Assembly: GCA_964636895.1 (NCBI GenBank)
Contig: CAZWUW010000005.1
Coordinates: 1-59,791, forward strand
DNA length: 59,791 nt
DNA from: an uncultured Eubacteriales bacterium
GTDB lineage: Bacteria; Bacillota; Thermincolia; Thermincolales; CAZWUW01
Reading direction: 5' to 3'
Shown here: piece by piece, positions 39,275 to 49,596 of the stretch
Layout of the letters: every line of letters starts with the position of its first letter
Position numbering within the stretch: position 1 is the stretch's first letter
Made by a program: the position numbers and the translations under genes
Notes under the pieces: model-generated
What the model was told of the DNA's origin: nothing
Databases searched by the model: none
What the model saw: only the letters and a program-made list of their open reading frames with translations

Positions 39275-40668
39275 CCTGATTCACCCTTTTTCTCTTTAAA
39301 CTCCCGGCATTTACCGGCAAAATGCTGGGCCAGGGATAAATCTGTAGCAAAGTGTAAGTGAACATATGTGGCCAAAATATTGTCCCTGGCGTACCCGTCA
39401 AGCACTGACTCACCCGTTTTATTGCGGATAAGTTTAACTGCATAAGAAAAATCAGACCCGGTCGGTACCAGCCGGGAATAGTGAAACTCATGCCCGCGGT
39501 AGGTAAACCCTTGCGGACCCAGCAGGTTATCGGTCAGATTTTCGGCAGTCACATAACCCATACCCACCAATTTTTGTTCCATCAGACACTTAGCCGGGAC
39601 GATCCCGGCCATAGGATACTCCTGCCCTTTAAAATCCCGGACGGCTTCCGTTAAATACATCAGGCCGCCGCACTCGGCATAAACAGGCATATTTTCCCGG
39701 CTGTATTTTCCTATTTCATCTAATATTGACCGGTTTTTTGCCAATTGCGCGGCAAAAACTTCCGGAAATCCACCGCCTATGTAAATACCATGGATATCCT
39801 CAGGTAATCTGTGGTCATGTAAAGGACTAAAGGGAACCAATTCCACATCATAAGATTCTAACACTGCCAGGCCATCCTGGTAATAAAAGGAAAACGCCTC
39901 GTCTCTGGCAATTGCCACCCGTACCTTGGCCTGCCCTGCGGACTTAAATGACAAATCTGCCTGCGCTTGTATGTCACCGGCACCTTTGGCGATATCAGCC
40001 AATAGGTCATAATTCATGCCTTCAGCTATTATATCCGCCAAAGCACCGATTCTTGCCGACAAATCTCCTCCCTCAACAGTAGGTACCAAACCCAGGTGGC
40101 GGGAAGGCAGTGCAAGATCAGCCTGTTTTCTGATAAAGCCAATAACCGGAATATCACAACTGGTTTCAATAGCTTCCCGAACGAGTTGCAGGTGCCGGTC
40201 ACTGCCAATGCGATTTAATATTACCCCGGCAATCCTGACCAACGGGTCCAGCTTCTGAAACCCCAGTACTACCGCAGCTGCACTGCGGGCCATAGACTTG
40301 ACATCCACTACCAGTATCACCGGACAATGCAAGAGCTTGGCCACTTGGGCCGAACTGCCGCTATCACTGACCCCTGAAGCGCCGTCAAAAAGACCCATTA
40401 CCCCTTCAATCACGGCAATATCGGACTGTACTGCCGAACGCAAAAACAATTTCTGTACAGTATGCTCACCCAGCATCCAGGTGTCCAGATTTCTTGAAAT
40501 ACTCCCGGTAGCTATATTATGATAGCTGGGGTCGATATAATCCGGCCCGACTTTGAATGGCTGTACCTTATAACCACTTTTGGTCAAGGCAGCCATGACC
40601 GCCGTAGTAATTGTTGTTTTGCCAACACCGCTGTGCGTACCGGCAATCATTAAGCTGGGGATGTGCAT
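39265..40668 (-). CDS. cbiA: cobyrinate a,c-diamide synthase
   Basis: SGVGKT, FKVGPDYIDP, EGVMGLFDG, SRHLGL, AECGG. Confidence 0.95.
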   Translation of the reverse strand: MHIPSLMIAGTHSGVGKTTITTAVMAALTKSGYKVQPFKVGPDYIDPSYHNIATGSISRNLDTWMLGEHTVQKLFLRSAVQSDIAVIEGVMGLFDGASGVSDSGSSAQVAKLLHCPVILVVDVKSMARSAAAVVLGFQKLDPLVRIAGVILNRIGSDRHLQLVREAIETSCDIPVIGFIRKQADLALPSRHLGLVPTVEGGDLSARIGALADIIAEGMNYDLLADIAKGAGDIQAQADLSFKSAGQAKVRVAIARDEAFSFYYQDGLAVLESYDVELVPFSPLHDHRLPEDIHGIYIGGGFPEVFAAQLAKNRSILDEIGKYSRENMPVYAECGGLMYLTEAVRDFKGQEYPMAGIVPAKCLMEQKLVGMGYVTAENLTDNLLGPQGFTYRGHEFHYSRLVPTGSDFSYAVKLIRNKTGESVLDGYARDNILATYVHLHFATDLSLAQHFAGKCREFKEKKGESGCR

Positions 40669-40688
40669 GAAAAAACCCTCTTTAATAT

Positions 40689-41672
40689 CTATTTTAACAC
40701 ATCAATTGTTATACTGATAAAAAAACCCGTAACCAACGCCAAAAAAGAAGTAATATACATAATCCAGATGGTCTCTATGATCTGTGACCCGTGCAGCGGG
40801 ACATGCGGCTTACCCATATATGCCCGCAGTGATTCCCGGCCGCCATAATAATTAAGACCGCCCAGCCTCACCCCCAGGGCACCGGCAACCACCGACTCCG
40901 GTATACCGCTGTTTGGACTGGGATGATCCTTGGCATCCTGCCGCCAGGTAGAGAACGCACGACCTGCATCTTTGCCGGCCATGACGGCGGCAATTAGCAT
41001 CAGTATACCGGTAAGCCGGGCCGGGATATAATTGGCAATATCGTCAACCCGGGCCGAAAACCAGCCAAATTGCCGGTATTTATCATTTTTATAACCCACC
41101 ATAGAATCCAGGGTATTTACCGCTTTATAAGCCATGGCCAGCGGCAAGCCGCCAATAAACGCGTAAAAAAGCGGGGCCACAATACCGTCCACAATATTTT
41201 CTGCAACTGTCTCTACGGTAGCCCGGACAATTTCGGGTTCATCCAGGTGCGCTGTATCCCGGCCTACAATCCAGCCCACTTTTTTCCTGGCCTCAGCAAT
41301 ATTACCGGCCAACAGTAACTGATAAATCTCATATGCCGCTTGGCATAGGCATTTCATAGCCAGGGTAGTGGACAACAGCCAGATACTGATTAGCCAGCCA
41401 AACCACTGCTGCCACTGCCAGGAAAAACGTACCAGCGCCCAGGTAAGAAAATATGTACCGCTTACAATAATTACTGTAAGCAATACTCCGCTGCCCCGCA
41501 ACCCAACAAGGGGCGCTGCGGCGCGGCGAAGGAATTTTTCCGTCAAATCAATGGCTTTCCCGATAATAATTACCGGATGGGGGATAGCCCTGGGATCACC
41601 GACTGCAAGGTCAATTAAAAAAGCAAAAACAATTTGCCAGGATAATGCTGTCAGCCCGTATGCTTCTATCAT
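40689..41672 (-). CDS. cbiB: adenosylcobinamide-phosphate synthase
   Basis: GDP...HPV, VGRDT, AEN..DG, NTLDSMVGY, SPNSG. Confidence 0.95.
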   Translation of the reverse strand: MIEAYGLTALSWQIVFAFLIDLAVGDPRAIPHPVIIIGKAIDLTEKFLRRAAAPLVGLRGSGVLLTVIIVSGTYFLTWALVRFSWQWQQWFGWLISIWLLSTTLAMKCLCQAAYEIYQLLLAGNIAEARKKVGWIVGRDTAHLDEPEIVRATVETVAENIVDGIVAPLFYAFIGGLPLAMAYKAVNTLDSMVGYKNDKYRQFGWFSARVDDIANYIPARLTGILMLIAAVMAGKDAGRAFSTWRQDAKDHPSPNSGIPESVVAGALGVRLGGLNYYGGRESLRAYMGKPHVPLHGSQIIETIWIMYITSFLALVTGFFISITIDVLK

Positions 41673-43216
41673 CCGGCCGAGGCCAGGCCAATGATTTCGT
41701 AAACCTTGTCAATATCCAGACTGGCTCTGACCACTTCAGCCAGCTTATCGAAATCCTTTTCTCTTTGCTCTTTGACGCTCATCACATTTTCCTCCGCCAG
41801 CGGCCCCCACCCTTTTTCCTGGCGAATCAGGTTCAGGATATGCCGCCGGAAAACATCATTATCAAAAATACCATGAATATAAGTGCCAAAAACTCGGCCA
41901 TCATTGTTTACCCCGCCGTCCAATACATCCACCGGTTTAGTGGAGCGTTCAGTGATGCGGAACCCATGCTCTACACTGGCAGCCAGTTTGGAGCGGCCCA
42001 TATGGATCTCATAGCCGGATACAGTTTGGCCCCGTACCCCAGCCAGAAAATAACCGTCACCAACAATCTCTGCCTGTACCTGGGTAGTAATTTTGTCAGG
42101 CTCAAAGGTGGTAACCATGTCAATCAGTCCAAGCCCGCGCATGGAATCAATTTCTGATTCTGTATGCTGCGGGTCATGCAGCTCCTGACCCAGAATCTGA
42201 TAACCGCCGCATATACCAATAACCGGTACACCTTCTCCGGCCAAAGCCGTAATCCGGGGTGAAAGGCCGGATTTTTCCAAGAAAACCAGATCGTGAATGG
42301 TGTTTTTGCTGCCGGGAATAATAATCAGGTCCGGCCGGCCCAGTTTGGAACCCTTATTTATGTACCTCAGTTGCACATCCGGCTCGTCTTCCAGCGGGTC
42401 AAAATCAGTAAAGTTCGATATATGCGGCAGATTAATAACTACTACGTCCAGCTTGTGCTCGACCCGCTCCCGGCCGGCCAGCAGCGTAGCTTCCGGAATG
42501 GTGTCTTCTTCCTGGACCCTAAAACCTTGAAAATACGGGACTACACCCAGGACCGGTATTCCAGTTTTTTGCTCCAGAAAATCAATCGCCGGTTGAAACA
42601 ACCGCACATCACCGCGGAATTTATTGATCACTACCCCGGCTACCCGGGCCCGGTCAGCCGGGTCCAGAAGTTCCAGCGTGCCTACTACCGATGCCAGGGC
42701 GCCGCCTTTATCAATATCCGCCACCAGCAGCACCGGGGCGTCAGCCATCCTGGCTATACGCATATTCACTACTTCCCGGGCCTGCAGGTTAACCTCTGCC
42801 GGGCTGCCGGCCCCTTCAATAACAATGATTTCAAAATCATTTTTAAGCTTTTGCAAAGATTCCTCAATTACCCCCAATGCTTTGAGGTTATAGTTTTCAT
42901 GGTATTCCATAGCCGACATATTGCCCAGCGGGCGGCCCAGCACTATTACCTGAGAAGACGCCTGTCCGGTAGGCTTCAGCAGCACCGGGTTCATCAGCAC
43001 GTCCGGTTCCAGGCCGGCAGCCTCCGCCTGCACCACCTGGGCCCGTCCCATTTCGCCGCCGTCTTTGGTAACATAAGAATTAAGGGCCATATTCTGTGAT
43101 TTAAAAGGCGCCACTTTATACCCATCCTGCAGAAATATACGGCAGAATGCCGCCACCAAAACACTTTTCCCCACATGAGAACCCGTACCCTGGAACATAA
43201 TACATTTATTATTCAC
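41669..43216 (-). CDS. cbiP: cobyric acid synthase
   Basis: QGTGS.VGKS, PFKSQNM, EGAGSPAE, ISNFTD, GICGGYQ, GTY.HG. Confidence 0.95.
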   Translation of the reverse strand: MNNKCIMFQGTGSHVGKSVLVAAFCRIFLQDGYKVAPFKSQNMALNSYVTKDGGEMGRAQVVQAEAAGLEPDVLMNPVLLKPTGQASSQVIVLGRPLGNMSAMEYHENYNLKALGVIEESLQKLKNDFEIIVIEGAGSPAEVNLQAREVVNMRIARMADAPVLLVADIDKGGALASVVGTLELLDPADRARVAGVVINKFRGDVRLFQPAIDFLEQKTGIPVLGVVPYFQGFRVQEEDTIPEATLLAGRERVEHKLDVVVINLPHISNFTDFDPLEDEPDVQLRYINKGSKLGRPDLIIIPGSKNTIHDLVFLEKSGLSPRITALAGEGVPVIGICGGYQILGQELHDPQHTESEIDSMRGLGLIDMVTTFEPDKITTQVQAEIVGDGYFLAGVRGQTVSGYEIHMGRSKLAASVEHGFRITERSTKPVDVLDGGVNNDGRVFGTYIHGIFDNDVFRRHILNLIRQEKGWGPLAEENVMSVKEQREKDFDKLAEVVRASLDIDKVYEIIGLASAG

Positions 43217-43223
43217 GCTGTAT

Positions 43224-43859
43224 TTACTCCTTTCTGTATCTAGCCCTGACCTGTCGCCCCAGCTCCGTTAAATCCAGTGGGATGCCTGCTACCACCAAAT
43301 ACGTTTCATCAGCAGCGCCGGCCATAATCTGATTGGCCCGGCCGACATTCTCCTGGTAACGCCGCCCTAACGGGTATGGCGAAACCAAGCTAAGCCCCAC
43401 CTCATTAGAAACCACTACCACGTGCGCTTTAACTGCTTTAGCTATATCAGCAACTCGCTCGACAGCCCCTGTGATTTCCCGGTCCATGGTAGCCGTCGCA
43501 GCCCGTTCCGGTGCCGGCGCAGGTTCCTTGTCACTGCCGGCTGACGTACCGTGTTCCTCGTCGGCTGCCCCGGCCAGCAGCAGGTTGCTTATGTATATGG
43601 TTAAACAGTCAAGTAATATAACTTCAGACTGCTCGCCCCAGTATTCAATAACCGCGCTTAACTGTTCCGGTTCTTCTACCGTCCGCCAGGACGCCGGCCG
43701 CCGCAGCCGGTGCAAAGCAATACGGTTAGCCATCTCATCATCACCGGCCCGGGCAGTGGCTATATAAGTTACATCTCTGCCCAGGGCGGCAGTAACCTCT
43801 TCAGCAAAAGCGCTCTTACCGCTTCTGGTTCCTCCGGTAACAAAAATCAGTTTACCCAT
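43224..43859 (-). CDS. cobU: adenosylcobinamide kinase / guanylyltransferase
   Basis: GG.RSGKS, YIAT, H...RP..W.T.E, LDCLT, VSNEVG; true start ATG 43859 (track ORF extends into riboswitch leader). Confidence 0.93.
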   Translation of the reverse strand: MGKLIFVTGGTRSGKSAFAEEVTAALGRDVTYIATARAGDDEMANRIALHRLRRPASWRTVEEPEQLSAVIEYWGEQSEVILLDCLTIYISNLLLAGAADEEHGTSAGSDKEPAPAPERAATATMDREITGAVERVADIAKAVKAHVVVVSNEVGLSLVSPYPLGRRYQENVGRANQIMAGAADETYLVVAGIPLDLTELGRQVRARYRKE

Positions 43860-44024
43860 TATATCCATCCCTTGTCTGCAATATAACTTTCCCGGCACAA
43901 TTCCCCGGCTTAAATGAAAAACAAAACACCCCCGGCCTTTGCCGAGGGATAATAAGCTAATTTCGCCGGTAATGTACGTCAGCGAAAAAACACCTCTACC
44001 CTTTCTCGCGAAGGACTCGATGGT

Positions 44025-44185
44025 CACCTTCGGGCCGGTATCCTGGCTCCCGGATCGCTGTTTGCTGCACTCCTTCCCCGGCTTGACGGCCGAGTGGCTT
44101 GCGTACAGTAACTCCCCGGTTACAGTGGCGGAGACCGCTCAGGATTTTAACCTGATTCCCAGTAAAACATCCGAAGGTATATGAA
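44025..44185 (-). ncRNA. cobalamin riboswitch
   Basis: GGGAATCAGGTTAAAATCCTG, CCGCCACTGTAA, GCCACT..GGGAAG, GAGCCAGGATACCGGCC; upstream of cobU. Confidence 0.92.
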
Positions 44186-44277
44186 GTTATTTTACTTATT
44201 AAAGTTATTCTACACCATGTATGGAATTACTTCAATAAAGAATTCATGTAAATTTAAACATGTGATATACTTTTTAT

Positions 44278-44838
44278 ATGAAAACAATTATTAAACGCTG
44301 CCGCCAATTCGCCCGTGCCCTTATGGCCCAATTGACACCGGCTGACCAGGCGCTGATCCAACAGATTCTAAATAAAAGCGAACAAAATCTCTTTTATCAA
44401 ATGGATACTGCCATTCAGCAGCACTGTGTCAATGTAGCCAACACTATTGCAGAACTGCTAACCCGCAAGGCCGAATTCGATGCGGCCGGACAAGCCGATA
44501 TAGACACAGAATTGCTTTTTAAAGCTGCCTTGCTGCATGACATTGGCAAATCCAACGGTGAGTTCACAATCATGGACAGGGTCTGGTATGTAATCATCCG
44601 CAAGGCATCCCGGCGTCTGGCCAAAAGAATTGCCAAAAAAGGACACGCCGGCTGGTTGGCCAGGCTCAGAAATGCCTTTTATATTCATACTTATCATGGT
44701 GAAATAGGATGCAAACTGGCCAGACGGCATGGATTCCCGGAACAGTTGGTGGCCCTAATCAGCCATCACCATAACCCGCAGCATACTACGGACTCCCTTG
44801 AACTCATACTTCTCCGGCAGGCTGACGAATTAAACTGA
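44278..44838 (+). CDS. HD domain protein
   Basis: H...VA, ALLHDIGK, H...G, HHH, AD. Confidence 0.85.
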   Translation: MKTIIKRCRQFARALMAQLTPADQALIQQILNKSEQNLFYQMDTAIQQHCVNVANTIAELLTRKAEFDAAGQADIDTELLFKAALLHDIGKSNGEFTIMDRVWYVIIRKASRRLAKRIAKKGHAGWLARLRNAFYIHTYHGEIGCKLARRHGFPEQLVALISHHHNPQHTTDSLELILLRQADELN

Positions 44839-44875
44839 AATTATATAATGTAATTTCCTGGATTATACAGCGCGA

Positions 44876-45538
44876 CTAATTATTCACTTGAGTACTGAGC
44901 GCATCAAAATCATATTGCTTTAATATTAACTCTTTAATCAGACTGCATAAAGCGGCAACGTCTTCAATATGCATCTGATTCGATATTGTGGGGTCAAACA
45001 GAAGCTGGCATGAAGACCGGATGTCCTCTTCCCCCTCCCAGAATTGGATTAATACAGGCACTCTGGGGCTGAAGTTAACAATAGCTGCTAAATCAGCTTT
45101 GGTCGCTACGGGAGTAAATCCTAGTTTAGATAAAGCAGTTTTTAACAAAGTCTTATCACAATCAGCAAAAAACCTAGCCAAATCCTCCAGGATGTTAGCT
45201 TTTATGTTAGGATAAAACACGTTGCCTTGTGGCAAGTCCCGGTAGGAAACCCACTCATTGTTGAGCGGCTTTGCTTTGGCGCAGGTTAAATAATTAAGCA
45301 AGATAAGTTCCCAAACAAATGATTGCAGCTTTTCATCAGTACCCTTGAAACATACTCGTCCATCAGGGTATGTGATCTCAATTCTCTGACCAAAGCTGTC
45401 AAAAGTAAAACAATTCCTTCCCGGATCAAATTGAAGCAAAGTCAACTTTGCAATCAAATCCGGTGAAATTTGTTGCAGCCTCTTCCGGCTTTGCTCAAAA
45501 GCAGGAGCATAAGAACCCTCTTTGGGGTTTTTTTGCAT
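44876..45538 (-). CDS. DUF3786 domain protein (paralog 3)
   Basis: ILLNYL, WVSYRDLPQG, PRVP, WEGEED...LLFD, HIED. Confidence 0.8.
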   Translation of the reverse strand: MQKNPKEGSYAPAFEQSRKRLQQISPDLIAKLTLLQFDPGRNCFTFDSFGQRIEITYPDGRVCFKGTDEKLQSFVWELILLNYLTCAKAKPLNNEWVSYRDLPQGNVFYPNIKANILEDLARFFADCDKTLLKTALSKLGFTPVATKADLAAIVNFSPRVPVLIQFWEGEEDIRSSCQLLFDPTISNQMHIEDVAALCSLIKELILKQYDFDALSTQVNN

Positions 45539-45577
45539 TTAGCGCACCTCACTTCGAATATGTATATCGGAACCGGG

Positions 45578-46203
45578 CTATCCTTTTTTCATCTGCTTAA
45601 TTATTTGTATATGTTCCAATCTTGCTTTTTCATCTGTTATATTAGCTTCTGATAGCATAACGTAAATCTTATCTATATCGCTTGTACTTATCCCCGGCAT
45701 ACGTCCTACGCCCAAAACCAAATGACTCTTTCTTGTAATGATCCTTGTTACTTCCGTATCGTATACGACCATAATATCGGATTCTGGCGTTCTCAAATTA
45801 AGGTCAACCCCGGTCAAGGTGCAGCGCCGGGTAAAAGAAATTAAGAATAATAACGGAGTTCCTTAAAATCACGCAGAATATTCTGTAAAGCCTTTAAGTG
45901 GGTATAATTTTGGCTAATCGGATTATATGGTTTAAGCTTTTTGGAACCACAGCAAACAGTCCAAGTCTTGTCATTTTTGTTCCCCAAAATAGCTCCATAG
46001 TAATTCTTTGTTTCTATCACAAACACTCCTGCGGAACAAATAACAACATGGTCAATCTGCGAGTAGCCCCCAGTCCTTTTAAACAGGAGGTCATTCAAGT
46101 AGCGATACTCTTTGGGTAGTTGGGAGAATTGGACATCGAGCTTGTATTCTCCTAACTCACCCTTTCTGTTTGACTTCCTTACTTTTTCGTTAGCATCACT
46201 CAT
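45578..46203 (-). pseudogene. NERD (nuclease-related domain) protein, frameshifted at ~45841
   Basis: G..GE, QIDHVVI, IETKNY.G, NP..QN..H; reading continues ISFTRRCTL.. in the -1 frame into the 79-aa ORF. Confidence 0.7.
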
Positions 46204-46259
46204 TTTTGACCTCCAATCAATTTGAAGTCTTAGATTATTTTACATCTAATCCTGTTTTT

Positions 46260-46769
46260 TCAGTTTAGCTCTTTCCACCCGTAAGCAACCAAATTTAGTC
46301 TGACCCCATTCAGTGTTAGTGTTTGAGCATCTATTTCGGCACCACCAAAATGTTCGTAAAATCCCCTTGATGGGTTTTCAGCTAAAATCCAGATAAGCAT
46401 TGAATTTATCCCTATTTGTATTAACTCTTTGACCATTTTTTCGATTAATAGGCGGCCAGTCCCTTTTTTTTGATAATTATCAAGGATATATATGGCATAT
46501 AGCTCACCTTTATAGTCTGAATTGCCTGACCTGGCCAACCCACCCAAAGCATAACCCACTATTTGGCCTGATTTATTCTCGGCTACATAGCCAAAAACTT
46601 TGAGTTTTTTATCGTTTAAAAACGCAGTTAATGCATCCACTTCCGTCACATGCGACAACTGCTCAAGAAAATCATCGGGAATGAGATTTTGATAAGTTGA
46701 CTGCCAACTGCTTATTTTTAAAGTGGCTATTGCGGAAATATCATGCAACTCTGCTTTTCTTATTTTCAT
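46260..46769 (-). CDS. GNAT family N-acetyltransferase
   Basis: SW..TY, GELYAIY, Q.KG.G, W.L..NP...FY...G. Confidence 0.9.
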   Translation of the reverse strand: MKIRKAELHDISAIATLKISSWQSTYQNLIPDDFLEQLSHVTEVDALTAFLNDKKLKVFGYVAENKSGQIVGYALGGLARSGNSDYKGELYAIYILDNYQKKGTGRLLIEKMVKELIQIGINSMLIWILAENPSRGFYEHFGGAEIDAQTLTLNGVRLNLVAYGWKELN

Positions 46770-46789
46770 CCCGAATCATCCCATCAATT

Positions 46790-47200
46790 CTAGATTGAAT
46801 GCTCCCTCACCCTGATTATCAGGTCAGCGAGCAAATGCGGTAACGGTTCAGATTTATACCCGGCAATTTCAAGGTCACCCCGCGTAACCGGCAGTAATAT
46901 TTTATGAGCGCGGCTGCTGGCAACAGCTTCCGCCATTTTGGCAGTAACCTCCCCCAGCATAGCATTTACCATTACGATACCTACAGTTCCGATGATTAAG
47001 TCTACGCGCCCGGTATTAAAGACAATGGCATTTTCTCCGGACGCGCCCTCATTGGCCCCGGCTTTAAGCATAGCAGCAGTTGCCAAGGCATTGGTACCCA
47101 GAGCTATAATTTCAAATTCTTCAGGCAGCCCTTTGCGCAGCTTCTCAACAATATGTTTGCCAATGCCGCCGCCTTGCCCGTCAATTACCGCAATGCGCAT
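46790..47200 (-). CDS. DUF3842 family protein
   Basis: VIDGQGGGIG, GTNA.AT..M.KAGA..GASGENA. Confidence 0.9.
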   Translation of the reverse strand: MRIAVIDGQGGGIGKHIVEKLRKGLPEEFEIIALGTNALATAAMLKAGANEGASGENAIVFNTGRVDLIIGTVGIVMVNAMLGEVTAKMAEAVASSRAHKILLPVTRGDLEIAGYKSEPLPHLLADLIIRVREHSI

Positions 47201-47222
47201 GACTTATACTCCCCTCTCCGGT

Positions 47223-48233
47223 CTAACATATCCGCGGTAGTTGTTCGCCAATCAGCATATCGACGATGCGGCTGCCACCTATGCTTGTCTGTAATACAAC
47301 TTTACCAGGATGTTTAGTGACCACTTCACCTATTATACAAGCCTCGCGGCCATATTTATGCTGCCGCATCGCGGCCACTACAGCATCAGCCTGATCCGCC
47401 GGTACTACCGCCAGCAGTTTTCCTTCGTTGGCCACGTAAAGCGGGTCAAAACCTAGGATTTCACAGGCCGCAAATACTTCATCCCTTACCGGAATAGACT
47501 TTTCGTCCAACACAATACCAACATTGCTCTGCTCTGCAATTTCATTCATGGTAGTTGCCACACCTCCCCTGGTGGGGTCCCGCAAAACGCGGATGTCCTT
47601 TGTTACCCGCAGCATCTCTGCCACTAAACCGTTTAGCGGAGCACAGTCGCTGATAATACGGTCCGGGAACTTCAGGCCCTGGCGCTCAGCCATGACGGCA
47701 ATTCCATGGTCGCCAACAAAGCCATTGATAATCACTTTATCACCCGGCCGGGCGTTATGCCCGGAAATATTAATCCCCTCGGGCACCAAGCCTATCCCGG
47801 CAGTGTTAATAAAAACCTTATCGGCGGCACCTTTTTCCACCACCTTAGTGTCTCCGGTAACTATTTGCACCCCGGCTTCGACGGCAGTTTTTTTCATGGA
47901 ATTAACAATTATCTCCAGTTCGTCTACCGGCAGACCTTCCTCAATTATAAAAGCAGTACTCAGAAATAAAGGCCGAGCACCGCCCATAGCCAAGTCATTC
48001 ACCGTTCCGCAAATTGCAAGCTTGCCGATATCCCCACCCGGGAAAAAAATCGGGTTAACCACAAAAGAATCCGTGCTAAAAGCCACCTTACGGCCCGCTA
48101 TGTCCAATTCCGCCCGATCATCAAGCTGTTCTAATACAGGGTTGTCAAAAGAGGGTAAAAACATGTCCTTAACCAGATCGTGTGAGAGCTTGCCCCCGCT
48201 ACCGTGGGCCAGCAATATTTTATCATACTTCAT
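47223..48233 (-). CDS. hypE: hydrogenase maturation carbamoyl dehydratase
   Basis: HGSGG, GTVND, GDTKVV, RDPTRGG, C-terminal PRIC. Confidence 0.97.
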   Translation of the reverse strand: MKYDKILLAHGSGGKLSHDLVKDMFLPSFDNPVLEQLDDRAELDIAGRKVAFSTDSFVVNPIFFPGGDIGKLAICGTVNDLAMGGARPLFLSTAFIIEEGLPVDELEIIVNSMKKTAVEAGVQIVTGDTKVVEKGAADKVFINTAGIGLVPEGINISGHNARPGDKVIINGFVGDHGIAVMAERQGLKFPDRIISDCAPLNGLVAEMLRVTKDIRVLRDPTRGGVATTMNEIAEQSNVGIVLDEKSIPVRDEVFAACEILGFDPLYVANEGKLLAVVPADQADAVVAAMRQHKYGREACIIGEVVTKHPGKVVLQTSIGGSRIVDMLIGEQLPRIC

Positions 48234-48235
48234 AA

Positions 48236-49327
48236 CTATTCCTCCCTGAGCCCGTATTTATAAAATGCCGCACAGGTGCCTTCCAGCGAAACCATACAGG
48301 CCCCCACCGGATTTTCCGGCGTACAGGCCCGGCCAAACAAACTGCATTGCGGCGGCACCTTTACCCCCCGCAGTACTTCCCCGCATATACAGCTGGGATG
48401 CTCAGCAGTCTGTTCTACTTTAATATCAAACTTATTAATGGCATCAAAAACCGTGTACTCAGGTCGAAAACGCAGACCGGTGGCCGGTATTTCACCAATG
48501 CCCCGCCAAACTGCGCTGCTGACTTCAAATACTTTATATAGCAGACTTAACGCATGTGCATTCCCTTCCTCGGGGACACCGCGTTTATACTGTACATCTA
48601 CCTGAGCCTGGCCTTTTTCAAGCTGCTCTACCAGCATTAAAATACCCTGCAGCAGGTCTAATGGCTCAAAACCGATAATCACGGCAGGAACACCGTATTC
48701 CTCCGCAATAAACCGATAGGGGCGAACACCGAGGATAGCGCTGACGTGGCCGGGACAAATCAAACCGTTGACACCTATTTCATTAGTGTCCAGTAAAGTC
48801 CGGATAGCCTGAGGTATAAGCTTCTGAGCACCGATTACCGAAAAATTGGTCAGTCCCTGCCGTTCTGCTGCCAATATCGCAGCAGCGATGGTAGGCGAAG
48901 TGGTCTCAAAACCGATACCAAAAAACACCACCTGCCGGTTCGGGTTTTCCACTGCCAGTTTTACAGCCTCCATGGTGGAATAAACTACCCTGATATCCGC
49001 CCCGGCAGCTTTTTCTCGGGCCAGGCTGGAGGAAGAGCCCGGCACCTTCATCATATCACCGAAGGTGGTCATTATGAGGCCCGGCACCCGGGAAAGGGCA
49101 ATTGCTTCATCAATATGCCGGTTTGGGGTTACACATACCGGACAGCCCGGACCGGAAATAAGAGAAACCGTTGGCGGCAGCACTTCCCTGATGCCATGAC
49201 GGAAAATAGCCACGGTATGGGTGCCGCAAACTTCCATCAGCTTAATATTCCGGGTTGATACCCGATGAATTTGATTAATTAACACCCGGGCCACTGCATC
49301 GTCCCGGAATTCCCTGATATATTTCAT
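48236..49327 (-). CDS. hypD: hydrogenase maturation protein HypD
   Basis: MEVCGTH, GPGCPVC, GFETT, PGHVS, CMVS.EG.C. Confidence 0.97.
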   Translation of the reverse strand: MKYIREFRDDAVARVLINQIHRVSTRNIKLMEVCGTHTVAIFRHGIREVLPPTVSLISGPGCPVCVTPNRHIDEAIALSRVPGLIMTTFGDMMKVPGSSSSLAREKAAGADIRVVYSTMEAVKLAVENPNRQVVFFGIGFETTSPTIAAAILAAERQGLTNFSVIGAQKLIPQAIRTLLDTNEIGVNGLICPGHVSAILGVRPYRFIAEEYGVPAVIIGFEPLDLLQGILMLVEQLEKGQAQVDVQYKRGVPEEGNAHALSLLYKVFEVSSAVWRGIGEIPATGLRFRPEYTVFDAINKFDIKVEQTAEHPSCICGEVLRGVKVPPQCSLFGRACTPENPVGACMVSLEGTCAAFYKYGLREE

Positions 49328-49368
49328 TCTGCGAACTCCTTGCATGTTTTTAGTATCCCAGGCATCCC

Positions 49369-49596
49369 TCAGGCATTTTCATATGCCATTAATTCCCTGA
49401 ATAAAGCCAAAGTCTTTTGCGCTTCTTCTTCATCAATCAACTGAATAGCGAAACCGGCATGCACCAACACATAATCACCTGTTTTGGCTTCCGGCACAAG
49501 CTCCAGGCTCACTTCCCGCTCCACCCCGGCCAGTTCTGCCAGAGCTACCAGGTCATCCTTTATTTTTATAATTTTCCCGGGTACAGCTAAACACAT
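49369..49596 (-). CDS. hypC: hydrogenase assembly chaperone
   Basis: MCLAVP, YVLVHAGFA. Confidence 0.97.
   Translation of the reverse strand: MCLAVPGKIIKIKDDLVALAELAGVEREVSLELVPEAKTGDYVLVHAGFAIQLIDEEEAQKTLALFRELMAYENA

Noticed and set aside
42293-43099. 268-aa plus-strand ORF (likewise 47524-48249, 31164-31745, 16932-17501 and others)
   Set aside because: Antisense shadows of well-supported genes, with no motifs or RBS
43490-43575. Low-complexity insertion in CobU
   Set aside because: Falls in a length-variable loop; no functional motif
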